DNA from: Candidatus Saganbacteria bacterium
Lineage (GTDB): Bacteria; Margulisbacteria; WOR-1; JAKLHX01
DNA length: 32,000 nt
NCBI GenBank assembly: GCA_026387835.1
Contig: JAPLKZ010000005.1
Span: forward strand, 1 to 32,000
Reading direction: 5' to 3'
The notes under the pieces were generated by a model. The model had not been told where the DNA came from, searched no databases, and was given only the letters and a program-made list of their open reading frames with translations. Below, one piece after another: positions 15,429 through 22,662 of the stretch (within the stretch, counting starts at the first letter, position 1; the number at the start of each line of letters is the position of its first letter). The position numbers were made by a program, and so were the translations under genes.

Positions 15429-16952
15429 ATGAAAACCGCTTTTCAAAGGATATTATTTCCGCTGGAATGCAACGGCCGTCACGCGGCGATCGCGGGAAGG
15501 ATCGATGACGCGATACAGGACTATAGAAGACCGTATTTTAACGGTTACCGGACGCCTGTCCAGAGGGCCGGAACAGTTCTTGAATTCAATTCAATGGCAT
15601 CGGGACTGGCAAAAAAATTGTCAGGCAATGCTGTCCCTATCGGTGACGAAACCATGCGCAGGGCCCTTGTCAGGACTTTCTGGCTGAATCCCAACGTGAC
15701 GCTTGGCAACGGCAAGTTCATCTTTAAGGGAAGCAACGAGGGAGGGACGATCCCTGTCATCTGCAGAAGCGATGACGAGGAAATGCCGCTCGAGATCCCT
15801 GTAAAAGTGGAACAAAAAAGGTGCCTAGTCGAATCTCTGGTAAAAGCGGTCATCGGCGAGTCGGAAACGCTTTGCGCACAGGATTTTCTAAAGGTCGCTT
15901 CGTTGCTGAACGATCCGCGGCTGTTCGCGGACGTAAAAACATTCGATCCTGAAGCTATCCTCGTGCCCCTTCCCGAACATAACGGGGTCGCGGGCGACAG
16001 GCCGGACAACTGCTGGTCCCCGGAGAGGATCGAACCCTCGCTGAAAAATTATTCGGCGCAGAGAGCACAGATTTTGGAAGCCAACAGGAAATATTTCGAA
16101 GAGATGTTCAGGATATTCCCGGTCAGGGACGACACGGGTGAAAAACTTGAAGTAGGCAGCGGCCTCGGCAATTTCAGGGCGATGATACCGCAACGGCTTT
16201 GGCCTTCGATGATCCACATGGACTGGAATACAGCGCTGACAGCTTATGTAAAAAAGCACTATGAAGGCGCGAGGGCCGAAACGGGGAATATATACGATAT
16301 CCCGTTCCCTGACGCGGCTTTTGAGAATGTCTTCGGCCTGACGCCTTTTGTCTCGTTATATTATCTCGACCACGCGATGGCCCAGATACACAGGGTGCTC
16401 AAGCCCGGAGGGACGCTGTTCGCATTTCAGGATATCATACCCAACGACAATCAGATGTCGGAACAGCTGGTCAGAAGAGGACTTTTTCCATACAGGAACC
16501 GGACCGCTTACAGTACAAAAAAGATCGACAGCAAAAAATTCCTGCTCAATATGGCCCTTGATGCATCCTGCAAAAAGATTGCCGATCGATCAGCATGGGA
16601 ACAATATCTGAAAGTATCCAACGGGAAAATGGTGATACAGAACTGCTACGAATATTTACATCACTGGCTGGTCAATGAGATGAAATATGCCGGTTTCGAT
16701 ATCCTTTATGCCGGGTTTGAAAAAGTATTTGAGGTAGCCATGAGGCAGATCCATCACGTGGATGTTGATCACAGCGGTAGCGTGATCGATCCTGATGTAT
16801 TGTTCAGATTTCAATGCGTCGAAGACGGTCCTTTTCACATGCAGCTTGAAATCCCGGGAGAATTGCCAGGTGACATCCGACGGGCCATCGGTCCTGACAG
16901 GCTGATCGAGTATTCAATAATCTGGGCCGTAGTAGGGCGGAAGAGAGAATAG
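15429..16952 (+). CDS. Large class I SAM-dependent methyltransferase-domain protein with unknown N- and C-terminal regions
   Basis: The central region has motif I LEVGSGLGNF, then DIPFPDAAFENVF and HRVLKPGGTLFAF. The ~230 aa N-terminal and ~160 aa C-terminal parts are unrecognised. Confidence 0.7.
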   Translation: MKTAFQRILFPLECNGRHAAIAGRIDDAIQDYRRPYFNGYRTPVQRAGTVLEFNSMASGLAKKLSGNAVPIGDETMRRALVRTFWLNPNVTLGNGKFIFKGSNEGGTIPVICRSDDEEMPLEIPVKVEQKRCLVESLVKAVIGESETLCAQDFLKVASLLNDPRLFADVKTFDPEAILVPLPEHNGVAGDRPDNCWSPERIEPSLKNYSAQRAQILEANRKYFEEMFRIFPVRDDTGEKLEVGSGLGNFRAMIPQRLWPSMIHMDWNTALTAYVKKHYEGARAETGNIYDIPFPDAAFENVFGLTPFVSLYYLDHAMAQIHRVLKPGGTLFAFQDIIPNDNQMSEQLVRRGLFPYRNRTAYSTKKIDSKKFLLNMALDASCKKIADRSAWEQYLKVSNGKMVIQNCYEYLHHWLVNEMKYAGFDILYAGFEKVFEVAMRQIHHVDVDHSGSVIDPDVLFRFQCVEDGPFHMQLEIPGELPGDIRRAIGPDRLIEYSIIWAVVGRKRE

Positions 16953-16972
16953 ATATCCGCTATCGCCGCGAA

Positions 16973-18226
16973 TTATTTAACTGATGCCATGCTTTTCAGA
17001 AAGACCTCGACCTGTGTATCGGGAAATTCGCCGATGATGTCAGTGAAGCATCTTTCATCAGCTTTTAAAAGCGCGTTCAAAAAAACAGCCCGTGGTGCCG
17101 TGGTCATGCCGGCTATAAAAAGTGCAGCGGTCTTGTTGTCGAACCGGTCCTGGACAACAGACAAAAGATTTCTGGATTCACAGGAGATCAGGGCCGCCAG
17201 ATCCGGCATCGATTCACCTGCGTTGCTGATGATCCCCGCCAGACTTTCGGAGGTCAGCGACTGAAGCGCTGAAGGAACGTTTGTTCTAAATCCGGCGGGT
17301 GCATTTAAAACACGGTGGGTTATCAGCCGGATGAGTTTTTCATCTTTTACTGCGGTATGCAAAAGCCATGCAAGAGGTGCGCGGTGCATTTGTTGCACTC
17401 TCAGCGCGAATAGTTCAACAGGACTTGGGTCCAGTTTTTCAAACGCCGCTGTTTTTATGGCTTCGGGAACCTCCTGGCTGCCATAGAACAGGTTCAAAAA
17501 TTGTGTATCTGCAAAAACAAAGGCGGAAACTCTTTCAGGTTTGATCAGGCCAGTTTTGAATATTGACGCGCTTTTGTCATCAAATACCCCGTTGAACAAT
17601 ATGTTCCCTCCAGTTGTATCTGACATCTTGTCCGAATTTAATACGCCGGCCAAATAAATAAGGACCGGTTCGCTTCCTTTTCCTGATAAAGAGGGCGGGT
17701 TTTTGATAAGGGCGGATATGGCTTGTCTTACAGCCCATTTTGTGTCCGGCCCGGCTGAAGCCATCTCTGCGACAAAATTACAATTCATCTGGTGGATCAA
17801 TGCCGGGATATGATCCTTGTCTTTCCATTCGGGATTATTAAGCAGCTCTGCGGACCTTGCCGGGCCCAAAATCTGGAGAATTGACGAGGTTGTTTCCGAG
17901 TAAAAATCAGGTTTGTGTAAATCTTTTGCCGAAAGGTCAAAAAAAGCGAATAATGCTTGGGCGGCTCTTGCATTGTCAGTGATATTTCCGATCATATCAG
18001 CTCTAGATCTGTCGGTCATTTTCGGATCCAAAAACACGTTTGAGATAACATCAGTCGGAAGAAAAGGATGATTCAACACTTGGATCAACCTTTCATGAGG
18101 GAGGCTTTGCAATGGCATCCTTTTGGCCGCGACATCAATTGCGAGCTTCCCTGCGCGGACCTTGCTGACGGTCAGATCTGTACGTATCATTATATTCCCC
18201 TTTCGATCGGTCATTTTTCGGCTCAT
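16973..18226 (-). CDS. Hypothetical protein (helical, no recognised domain)
   Basis: This is a long ORF with no overlapping alternative. Degenerate xNPxxP-type helical-repeat signatures occur (LNHPFLPTDVI, LNNPEWKD, IKNPPSL, LNAPAGF). The more likely start is the Met at 18190, which is preceded by the RBS AAGGGGA. Confidence 0.6.
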   Translation of the reverse strand: MSRKMTDRKGNIMIRTDLTVSKVRAGKLAIDVAAKRMPLQSLPHERLIQVLNHPFLPTDVISNVFLDPKMTDRSRADMIGNITDNARAAQALFAFFDLSAKDLHKPDFYSETTSSILQILGPARSAELLNNPEWKDKDHIPALIHQMNCNFVAEMASAGPDTKWAVRQAISALIKNPPSLSGKGSEPVLIYLAGVLNSDKMSDTTGGNILFNGVFDDKSASIFKTGLIKPERVSAFVFADTQFLNLFYGSQEVPEAIKTAAFEKLDPSPVELFALRVQQMHRAPLAWLLHTAVKDEKLIRLITHRVLNAPAGFRTNVPSALQSLTSESLAGIISNAGESMPDLAALISCESRNLLSVVQDRFDNKTAALFIAGMTTAPRAVFLNALLKADERCFTDIIGEFPDTQVEVFLKSMASVK

Positions 18227-18230
18227 GTAT

Positions 18231-18270
18231 TTATCGTATGAAAAGACGGTGAATTTCAGTTATTTTTCGA
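18231..18270 (-). promoter_or_regulatory. ECF-sigma-like promoter motif (site C): GAAAAATAA-CTGAAAT-N16-CGATAA
   Basis: The minus strand reads cGAAAAATaacTGAAATtcaccgtcttttcataCGATAAatacATG. Confidence 0.45.
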
Positions 18271-18331
18271 ACCATTTCCGTAAGCTCCCGTTTGACCGTC
18301 GCGGTGAAAAGAACGCAATCCCCTCATGCAG

Positions 18332-18359
18332 TTCAAAAGATATGATTTTGTAGTAAAAT
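18332..18359 (+). promoter_or_regulatory. Possible sigma70 promoter of the tRNA cluster (TTCAAA-N16-TAAAAT)
   Basis: The -10 ends 11 nt before the 5' end of tRNA-Gly. Confidence 0.35.
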
Positions 18360-18370
18360 AGATGATATAT

Positions 18371-18441
18371 GCGGGATTAGTTGACCGGTTCAACATCAGC
18401 TTCCCAAGCTGAAAAAATGGGTTCGACTCCCATATCCCGCT
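18371..18441 (+). tRNA. tRNA-Gly (anticodon CCC)
   Basis: Manual cloverleaf: acceptor GCGGGAT/ATCCCGC, D stem GTTG/CAAC, anticodon stem TCAGC/GCTGA with loop TTCCCAA, T arm ATGGG-TTCGACT-CCCAT. No CCA is encoded. Confidence 0.85.
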
Positions 18442-18447
18442 CATTGT

Positions 18448-18518
18448 GGCGTCGTGGCCGAGTGGTTAGGCTACGGTCTGCAAAACCGTTTACGCCGGTT
18501 CGAATCCGGCCGACGCCT
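18448..18518 (+). tRNA. tRNA-Cys (anticodon GCA)
   Basis: Manual cloverleaf: acceptor GGCGTCG/CGACGCC, anticodon stem ACGGT/ACCGT with loop CTGCAAA, T arm GCCGG-TTCGAAT-CCGGC. Confidence 0.85.
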
Positions 18519-18537
18519 TTGTTATAATTGGGTGCAA

Positions 18538-18611
18538 GCGCGTTTAGCTCAGCTGGTTAGAGTACTTGCTTGACAGGCAAGGGGTCACTGGTTCGAACCC
18601 AGTAACGCGCA
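18538..18611 (+). tRNA. tRNA-Val (anticodon GAC)
   Basis: Manual cloverleaf: acceptor GCGCGTT/AACGCGC, D arm GCTC-AGCTGGTTA-GAGT, anticodon stem CTTGC/GCAAG with loop TTGACAG, T arm ACTGG-TTCGAAC-CCAGT. Confidence 0.88.
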
Positions 18612-18630
18612 TTGAACGAAGTGAAATGCG

Positions 18631-18657
18631 CAATCCCGCGAACGCGGGATTGTTTTG
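18631..18657 (+). terminator. Intrinsic terminator after the tRNA cluster
   Basis: caatcccgcg-aa-cgcgggattg is followed by tttt. Confidence 0.6.
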
Positions 18658-18686
18658 CGACAGCAAAAAGGTTACTGGGAGAGAAA

Positions 18687-18770
18687 GGCATCTTTCCGCC
18701 GAGCAAGTGAGAGGAAGAGCAGCCGACACCCGAACCTCAAGCGAGGTGAGGCTGCGTAAGGAAAGATGCC
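18687..18770 (+). other. Nested stem-loop structure (candidate small structured RNA or att-site remnant)
   Basis: Three stems nest cleanly. The outer 11 bp stem is ggcatctttcc (18687-97) with ggaaagatgcc (18760-70). Inside it, gcagcc (18719-24) pairs with ggctgc (18750-55). The innermost stem is cctc (18735-38) with gagg (18743-46). Confidence 0.3.
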
Positions 18771-18807
18771 ATGGCCCGAAGCTGCCCCGCCCACGGGGCG
18801 CGGAGGC

Positions 18808-18825
18808 CGAACCCAGTAACGCGCA
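18808..18825 (+). repeat. Direct repeat of tRNA-Val 3' end (cgaacccagtaacgcgca)
   Basis: It is identical to 18594-18611 (T-loop 3' half, T stem, acceptor 3' strand and discriminator). Confidence 0.9.
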
Positions 18826-18945
18826 GTTGTTTTTTCTTATAGTTAAGAGGAAAATTCGGAATAGGGGTTTCCTCTTTTTCGTTTTATGGAGTTTTTCCTA
18901 TAACTTTCCTATAACTAATTAACGATTATGTGCTTTTCCGGCATC

Positions 18946-18988
18946 TAAAAATGTGTGGGATTTACAATGAAATATAACGATGTATAAT
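18946..18988 (+). promoter_or_regulatory. Promoter region of the lipoprotein gene: sigma70-like TTTACA-N16-(TG)TATAAT overlapping a degenerate copy of the ECF-like motif (site F, TGGGAT-N16-CGATGT)
   Basis: taAAAATgtgTGGGATttacaatgaaatataaCGATGTATAAT. The first 24 nt closely match site B upstream of the paralog operon (aaaaatgtgtgaaatttaca). Confidence 0.45.
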
Positions 18989-19012
18989 TAGACTACCTTA
19001 AGGAATTACATT

Positions 19013-19630
19013 ATGAATAAATGGTTTTCTTTGTTTTGTCTAATAGTTATTTCTTTGGTTGTTATTTTGTCAGGATGTGCTCAAAGCCCTGTTGCATCTA
19101 TAACCTCAACTACAGGAGGCAGAGAATACTACCCGAACACGCAGGGATATAGCTGGACTTATACAAATACATCTGGCAGCACTACAAGTGATTGGACAGA
19201 GTCATTCACAGGCGTGACCACTTACAATGGAATGACTATGCAAGTTCTTCATTCCAATTCTGGCGCTGGTTCTTCGGACGCTTTGATTGTAGTTACGGAT
19301 AACAATGCGAAACAATATGGCACTCTCGCCAGTCCCACCACAGAAGCAATAACTGGATTGGTCTTTCCTCTGTCAATAAGAAGTTCATGGGTTGATTCTG
19401 TTACCTCACCAGTGTATACGGATACCGTCATTTCTATTGAGGATGTAACTGTACCCGCAGGGACATTTACAAACTGCTTCAAAATAAAGTCTGGTAGTAT
19501 ACATTCAAGCGGATATGGTTTTTATAAATGGCTTGCAAAAGATGTTGGATTTGTTAAATGGGTAAGTGTAGCTCCAGGTCAAACGGACGGCTCTTCCTAT
19601 ACAGACGTGTTAAAAAGCAAGAACTTTTAA
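19013..19630 (+). CDS. Hypothetical lipoprotein
   Basis: The signal peptide has a lipobox (VVILSGC-AQSP). The mature part is Ser/Thr-rich. The gene is more AT-rich than its neighbours. Confidence 0.65.
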   Translation: MNKWFSLFCLIVISLVVILSGCAQSPVASITSTTGGREYYPNTQGYSWTYTNTSGSTTSDWTESFTGVTTYNGMTMQVLHSNSGAGSSDALIVVTDNNAKQYGTLASPTTEAITGLVFPLSIRSSWVDSVTSPVYTDTVISIEDVTVPAGTFTNCFKIKSGSIHSSGYGFYKWLAKDVGFVKWVSVAPGQTDGSSYTDVLKSKNF

Positions 19631-19851
19631 TTCATCATCTGCACTATCGGCTCCATTAAAGCTTTATTGTCTTTGCCTGAAACCCTACGAAAATCATTCA
19701 TCACTACAAACTTATTGACACTTGCCTGCACATGTTCCGGTGATACATGAGTATATATTTCCGTCGTCTTAATGCTCGTATGGCCTTGACTGTTTTGGCT
19801 ATGTTTTTGAAAAATTTCACATAATTTATGTTCCGGTGGAAAGTAGTATAA
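19627..19851 (-). pseudogene. Decayed 3' fragment of a tyrosine recombinase/integrase gene
   Basis: The minus-strand frame reads PPEHKLCEIFQKHSQNSQGHTSIKTTEIYTHVSPEHVQASVNKF. LGH.SIKTTEIYTHV is the catalytic-Tyr box of tyrosine integrases, and HKLCEIF is a degenerate HxLRHTF box. There is no start codon, a stop lies just upstream, and the region between the boxes is shortened. Confidence 0.65.
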
Positions 19852-19894
19852 TTATAAAATAATCCGCCGGCTGGCGGAAAGAAGGAGGAAAACA

Positions 19895-20749
19895 ATGTTA
19901 ATAGTTATATTGATCGTCGCGGTTTTTATTTTTTTTGCAGGCGTCAGGATCGTACGGCCGACGCACAGGGGGCTCATCGAAAGACTGGGAAAATACAGAA
20001 AGTTTGCCCAGCCGGGATTTCAATGGATAATTCCCATGATCGACCAGATGTACCAGATCAATATTACTGAAGTCATGATCAATGCCGAGCCGCAGGAGAT
20101 AATCACAAACGACAATTTGAATGCCCGTGTCGACGCGCAGGTTTATTTCAAAGTAAGAGAAGACGAAACTAATGTAAAGAACTCCCAGTACAATGTCAAT
20201 AATTACAGCTATCAGATAGTTAATCTGGCAAGAACGACGCTCAGAAATATCATCGGAACACTATCATTAAAAGCGGCAAACAGCGAAAGGGGGCGTATAA
20301 ACGAAGAACTCCAAAAGACGTTAAAAAAAGAGACCGCCAGCTGGGGGATAGATATTGTAAGGACCGAGCTTAAAGAAATCGATCCGCCAAAAGATGTTCA
20401 GGAGACAATGAATAAGGTCGTAAAAGCCGAAAACGAAAAGATGGCGGCGATCGACTTTGCCACCGCTACAGAAACGATGGCCGACGGCCAAAGGCGCGCC
20501 GAGATCAAGAAAGCGGAAGGTTCGAGGCAGGCCACGATACTTGAAGCCGAAGGAGAGGCTCAGGCTATTGCGCTTGTAAACGAAGCCGCGAATAAATATT
20601 TTATCGGCAATGCGCAGATCCTTAGAAAACTGGAGGCGGTTGAAAAATCCCTCATGAATAACGCGAAAGTCGTTGTGCCGATGAACAGCGAGCTTGTGAA
20701 CGTGATCGGCGAGCTGGCAGGCGTTGTACCGATAAAAACTAAAAGTTAA
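19895..20749 (+). CDS. SPFH/band-7 (stomatin/HflK-like) membrane protein
   Basis: An N-terminal TM segment is followed by VRIVRPTHRGLIERLGKYRKFAQPGFQWIIP. The C-terminal region is coiled-coil and Ala/Glu-rich. Confidence 0.85.
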   Translation: MLIVILIVAVFIFFAGVRIVRPTHRGLIERLGKYRKFAQPGFQWIIPMIDQMYQINITEVMINAEPQEIITNDNLNARVDAQVYFKVREDETNVKNSQYNVNNYSYQIVNLARTTLRNIIGTLSLKAANSERGRINEELQKTLKKETASWGIDIVRTELKEIDPPKDVQETMNKVVKAENEKMAAIDFATATETMADGQRRAEIKKAEGSRQATILEAEGEAQAIALVNEAANKYFIGNAQILRKLEAVEKSLMNNAKVVVPMNSELVNVIGELAGVVPIKTKS

Positions 20750-20795
20750 TTGCTTTTGGTCCTGACACCCCGCATCCGATCCAATATATACTTAA

Positions 20796-22082
20796 GTGAT
20801 GATGTCAGAACGACCGATAATCATCGGGTTTGGTCCTGCCGGTATGTTTGCCGCTCTTGAATTGATAGAACTGGGCTATAGCCCTTTGATATTTGAGAGG
20901 GGCAAAAGCATAGAAGAGCGCTCCGCGGACATTGAGAAATTTTTCAGGGAAAGAAAACTTGATGCCGGATCAAATATTCAGTTCGGAGAAGGCGGGGCCG
21001 GTTCTTATTCGGACGGGAAGCTGTTCTCCAGGAAGAACAATTCTCCGGTCGCAAGTAAAGTCCTGGAAACTTTTGTCAGATTTGGCGCTCCTGACGATAT
21101 AATTTTCAAAAGCAAACCTCATCTCGGGACGGATGTTTTGTGCGAGATCGTTAAAAACATCAGGAAATATATTATCTCAAAGGGCGGAGAGATCAATTTC
21201 TCTTCGAAAATGACAGGCCTTATTGTCAGTAACGCCAGAGCAAAAGGCGTCGTCATTAATTCTGTTAAAGAATATTTGTCTTCAAAGATATTCCTTGCTA
21301 TAGGCCATTCAGCCAGAGATACATTTGAAATGCTGCATGAGCAAAATATACTTATTGAACAGAGGCCGATATCTGTCGGCGTGAGGATAGAACATCCGGC
21401 CGAACTTATAAATATGATCAGGAATAACAAGAAAGCCGCAACATATTCATTTTTATACACTGATAAGGAATCCGGCAGGCGCGTTTATACATTCTGCATG
21501 TGCCCGGGAGGCGAGATAGTGAACGCCTCTTCCGAAAACGGGCATTTAGTGTTGAACGGGATGAGCTATTCAAAACGGGACTTAAAATATTCAAATTCCG
21601 CGATCGTTGTGACCTGTAAGACTTCGGATTACGGCTCTGATCACCCTTTGGCCGGGATATATTTTCAGAAAAAGATCGAACAAAAGGCTTTCGTCGCGGG
21701 CGGGGCCTGTTGGGAAGCTCCGGCGCAGAACCTTGAAGATTTCCTGCGCGGCAAAATGTCCGCAGCTCTGTTGGAAAATTCTTTCAGGATGGGAGTGAGA
21801 CCAACACAGCTGTCAGATCTGTTCCCCGGTTTCGTCGCTGAGCATCTAAAAAAAGCATTTCTCCTCTGGAAAAAAGAATATCCGCTTTTTGTGAGTGACC
21901 AGGCAATATTGCTCGGAGCGGAAACTAGGACAACCTGTCCTGTCAGTTTTCCGAGGAATGTCAGGTGCGAGTCCGTAAATGTGAGAAATCTGTTTCCGAT
22001 AGGAGAGGGGGCCGGTCATGCGGGAGGCATAACCAGTTCGGCAATAGACGCGATAAAAGCGGTGCGCGCGGCGGATGGTTGA
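20796..22082 (+). CDS. FAD-dependent oxidoreductase (COG2509-like uncharacterised dehydrogenase)
   Basis: The dinucleotide-binding start IIIGFGPAGMFAALEL...FERG is present. The C-terminus GEGAGHAGGITSSAIDA is typical of this family. The start codon is GTG. Confidence 0.75.
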   Translation: MMMSERPIIIGFGPAGMFAALELIELGYSPLIFERGKSIEERSADIEKFFRERKLDAGSNIQFGEGGAGSYSDGKLFSRKNNSPVASKVLETFVRFGAPDDIIFKSKPHLGTDVLCEIVKNIRKYIISKGGEINFSSKMTGLIVSNARAKGVVINSVKEYLSSKIFLAIGHSARDTFEMLHEQNILIEQRPISVGVRIEHPAELINMIRNNKKAATYSFLYTDKESGRRVYTFCMCPGGEIVNASSENGHLVLNGMSYSKRDLKYSNSAIVVTCKTSDYGSDHPLAGIYFQKKIEQKAFVAGGACWEAPAQNLEDFLRGKMSAALLENSFRMGVRPTQLSDLFPGFVAEHLKKAFLLWKKEYPLFVSDQAILLGAETRTTCPVSFPRNVRCESVNVRNLFPIGEGAGHAGGITSSAIDAIKAVRAADG

Positions 22083-22086
22083 AGCT

Positions 22087-22106
22087 AACCCAGTAACGCC
22101 CATTGA
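22087..22106 (+). repeat. Third direct copy of tRNA-Val 3' end plus downstream flank (aacccagtaacgcCcattga)
   Basis: It matches 18596-18615 at 19 of 20 positions and lies 4 nt after the oxidoreductase stop codon. Confidence 0.8.
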
Positions 22107-22146
22107 TTATTTGCGGTGTTAAGGGGAAAGGTCAACGGAAGAAAAA

Positions 22147-22512
22147 TTATCCAATAAGTTCATTTATTATCTTAAGCATTTTATCCGGCTCAAAGGGTTT
22201 TGCCAAAAATATATTATTCCCGGAATAATTACCTTTGGTCCTCTCATCGCTCTTCGTATAAAGAGCCGTAAGGATGACCACAGGGATGTTCTTTGTTGTA
22301 TCATCTTCCTGAAGCAAAGCTTCCACTTCTCCGCCGTCCATATCCGGCAGCATTATGTCCAACAATATAAGGTCAGGCCTTTGTGCCTTTGCCTTTTCGA
22401 CCACCTCAGCACCTTTCGTAACTTTTATCACTTCGTAATTTGCTTTTGTAAGCCTTCTCTCGATCATTGTCAACAGGTCTTCATCATCATCAACAATCAT
22501 TATCTTTTTCAT
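22147..22512 (-). CDS. Stand-alone response-regulator receiver protein (CheY-like)
   Basis: Receiver hallmarks are present: IMIVDDDEDL, DLILLDIMLPDMDG and the conserved KPF. There is no output domain. Confidence 0.88.
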   Translation of the reverse strand: MKKIMIVDDDEDLLTMIERRLTKANYEVIKVTKGAEVVEKAKAQRPDLILLDIMLPDMDGGEVEALLQEDDTTKNIPVVILTALYTKSDERTKGNYSGNNIFLAKPFEPDKMLKIINELIG

Positions 22513-22543
22513 CCGCTTCCTCTTTCACTGAAACTTTGAAGCA

Positions 22544-22572
22544 ATTATATTATACGATATGAGCCGAGTCAA
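22544..22572 (-). promoter_or_regulatory. sigma70 promoter (TTGACT-N17-TATAAT) for the 22147-22512 receiver gene
   Basis: The minus strand reads TTGACTcggctcatatcgtataaTATAAT ~30 nt upstream of the ATG. The RBS is GAGGAAG. Confidence 0.6.
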
Positions 22573-22603
22573 GGAGAGATCATTTTACCGCCGAGCATGG
22601 CAT

Positions 22604-22632
22604 TTGACTTGCCCCCCCCACAGTAATATAAT
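22604..22632 (+). promoter_or_regulatory. sigma70 promoter (TTGACT-N17-TATAAT) for the kinase operon
   Basis: TTGACTtgccccccccacagtaaTATAAT, with both hexamers near consensus and a 17 nt spacer. Confidence 0.6.
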
Positions 22633-22647
22633 TTAGCAAATTGCTAA
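22633..22647. promoter_or_regulatory. Perfect 7-1-7 palindrome TTAGCAA-a-TTGCTAA immediately downstream of the -10 (operator-like)
   Basis: It starts 1 nt after the -10 hexamer and therefore overlaps the predicted transcription start. Confidence 0.45.
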
Positions 22648-22662
22648 TTAATAAAATGGGTT

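Larger units (their letters stand above)
18594..22106. mobile_element. Remnant(s) of tRNA-Val-targeting integrated element bounded by direct repeats of the tRNA 3' end
   Basis: The tRNA 3' end (18594-18615) is repeated at 18808-18825 (18/18 nt) and at 22087-22106 (19/20 nt, including 5 nt past the tRNA). The interval contains a tyrosine-integrase fragment and a visibly AT-rich stretch (about 18830-19900). Confidence 0.45.

Noticed and set aside
18687-18770. Possible SRP RNA or RNase P RNA, because the string aggaagagcagcc resembles the SRP helix 8 sequence GGAAGCAGCC.
   Set aside because: The flanking bases cannot form the SRP helix 8 tetraloop and symmetric loop. RNase P hallmarks (GGAAAGTCCGGGC) are absent. 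I therefore list it only as an unclassified structured segment.
18566-18922. A 118 aa ORF starting inside tRNA-Val and running through the att-repeat region. ORFs at 18544-18729 and 18256-18444 also overlap the tRNAs.
   Set aside because: They overlap confidently folded tRNA genes and hairpin-rich non-coding sequence, and they have no coding signature.
19792-19830. Another copy of the ECF-like motif (cataaattatGTGAAATttttcaaaaacatagcCAAAAC) on the minus strand, very similar to site A over ~24 nt.
   Set aside because: The -10 position reads CAAAAC rather than CGAYAW. The sequence lies inside the integrase relic with no downstream gene to drive. It is possibly a decayed promoter or a chance similarity.
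19863-19878. A small hairpin, tccgcc-ggct-ggcgga, just upstream of the SPFH RBS; I considered a possible riboswitch or attenuator.
   Set aside because: A 6 bp stem alone, with no conserved riboswitch core that I recognise, is too little evidence.
22528-22561. CTGAAAC ... CGATAT on the plus strand in the RR/HK intergenic region, which looks like the ECF-like motif.
   Set aside because: The spacer is ~20-22 nt rather than 16-17. The region is better explained as the 5' UTR and promoter of the minus-strand receiver gene.
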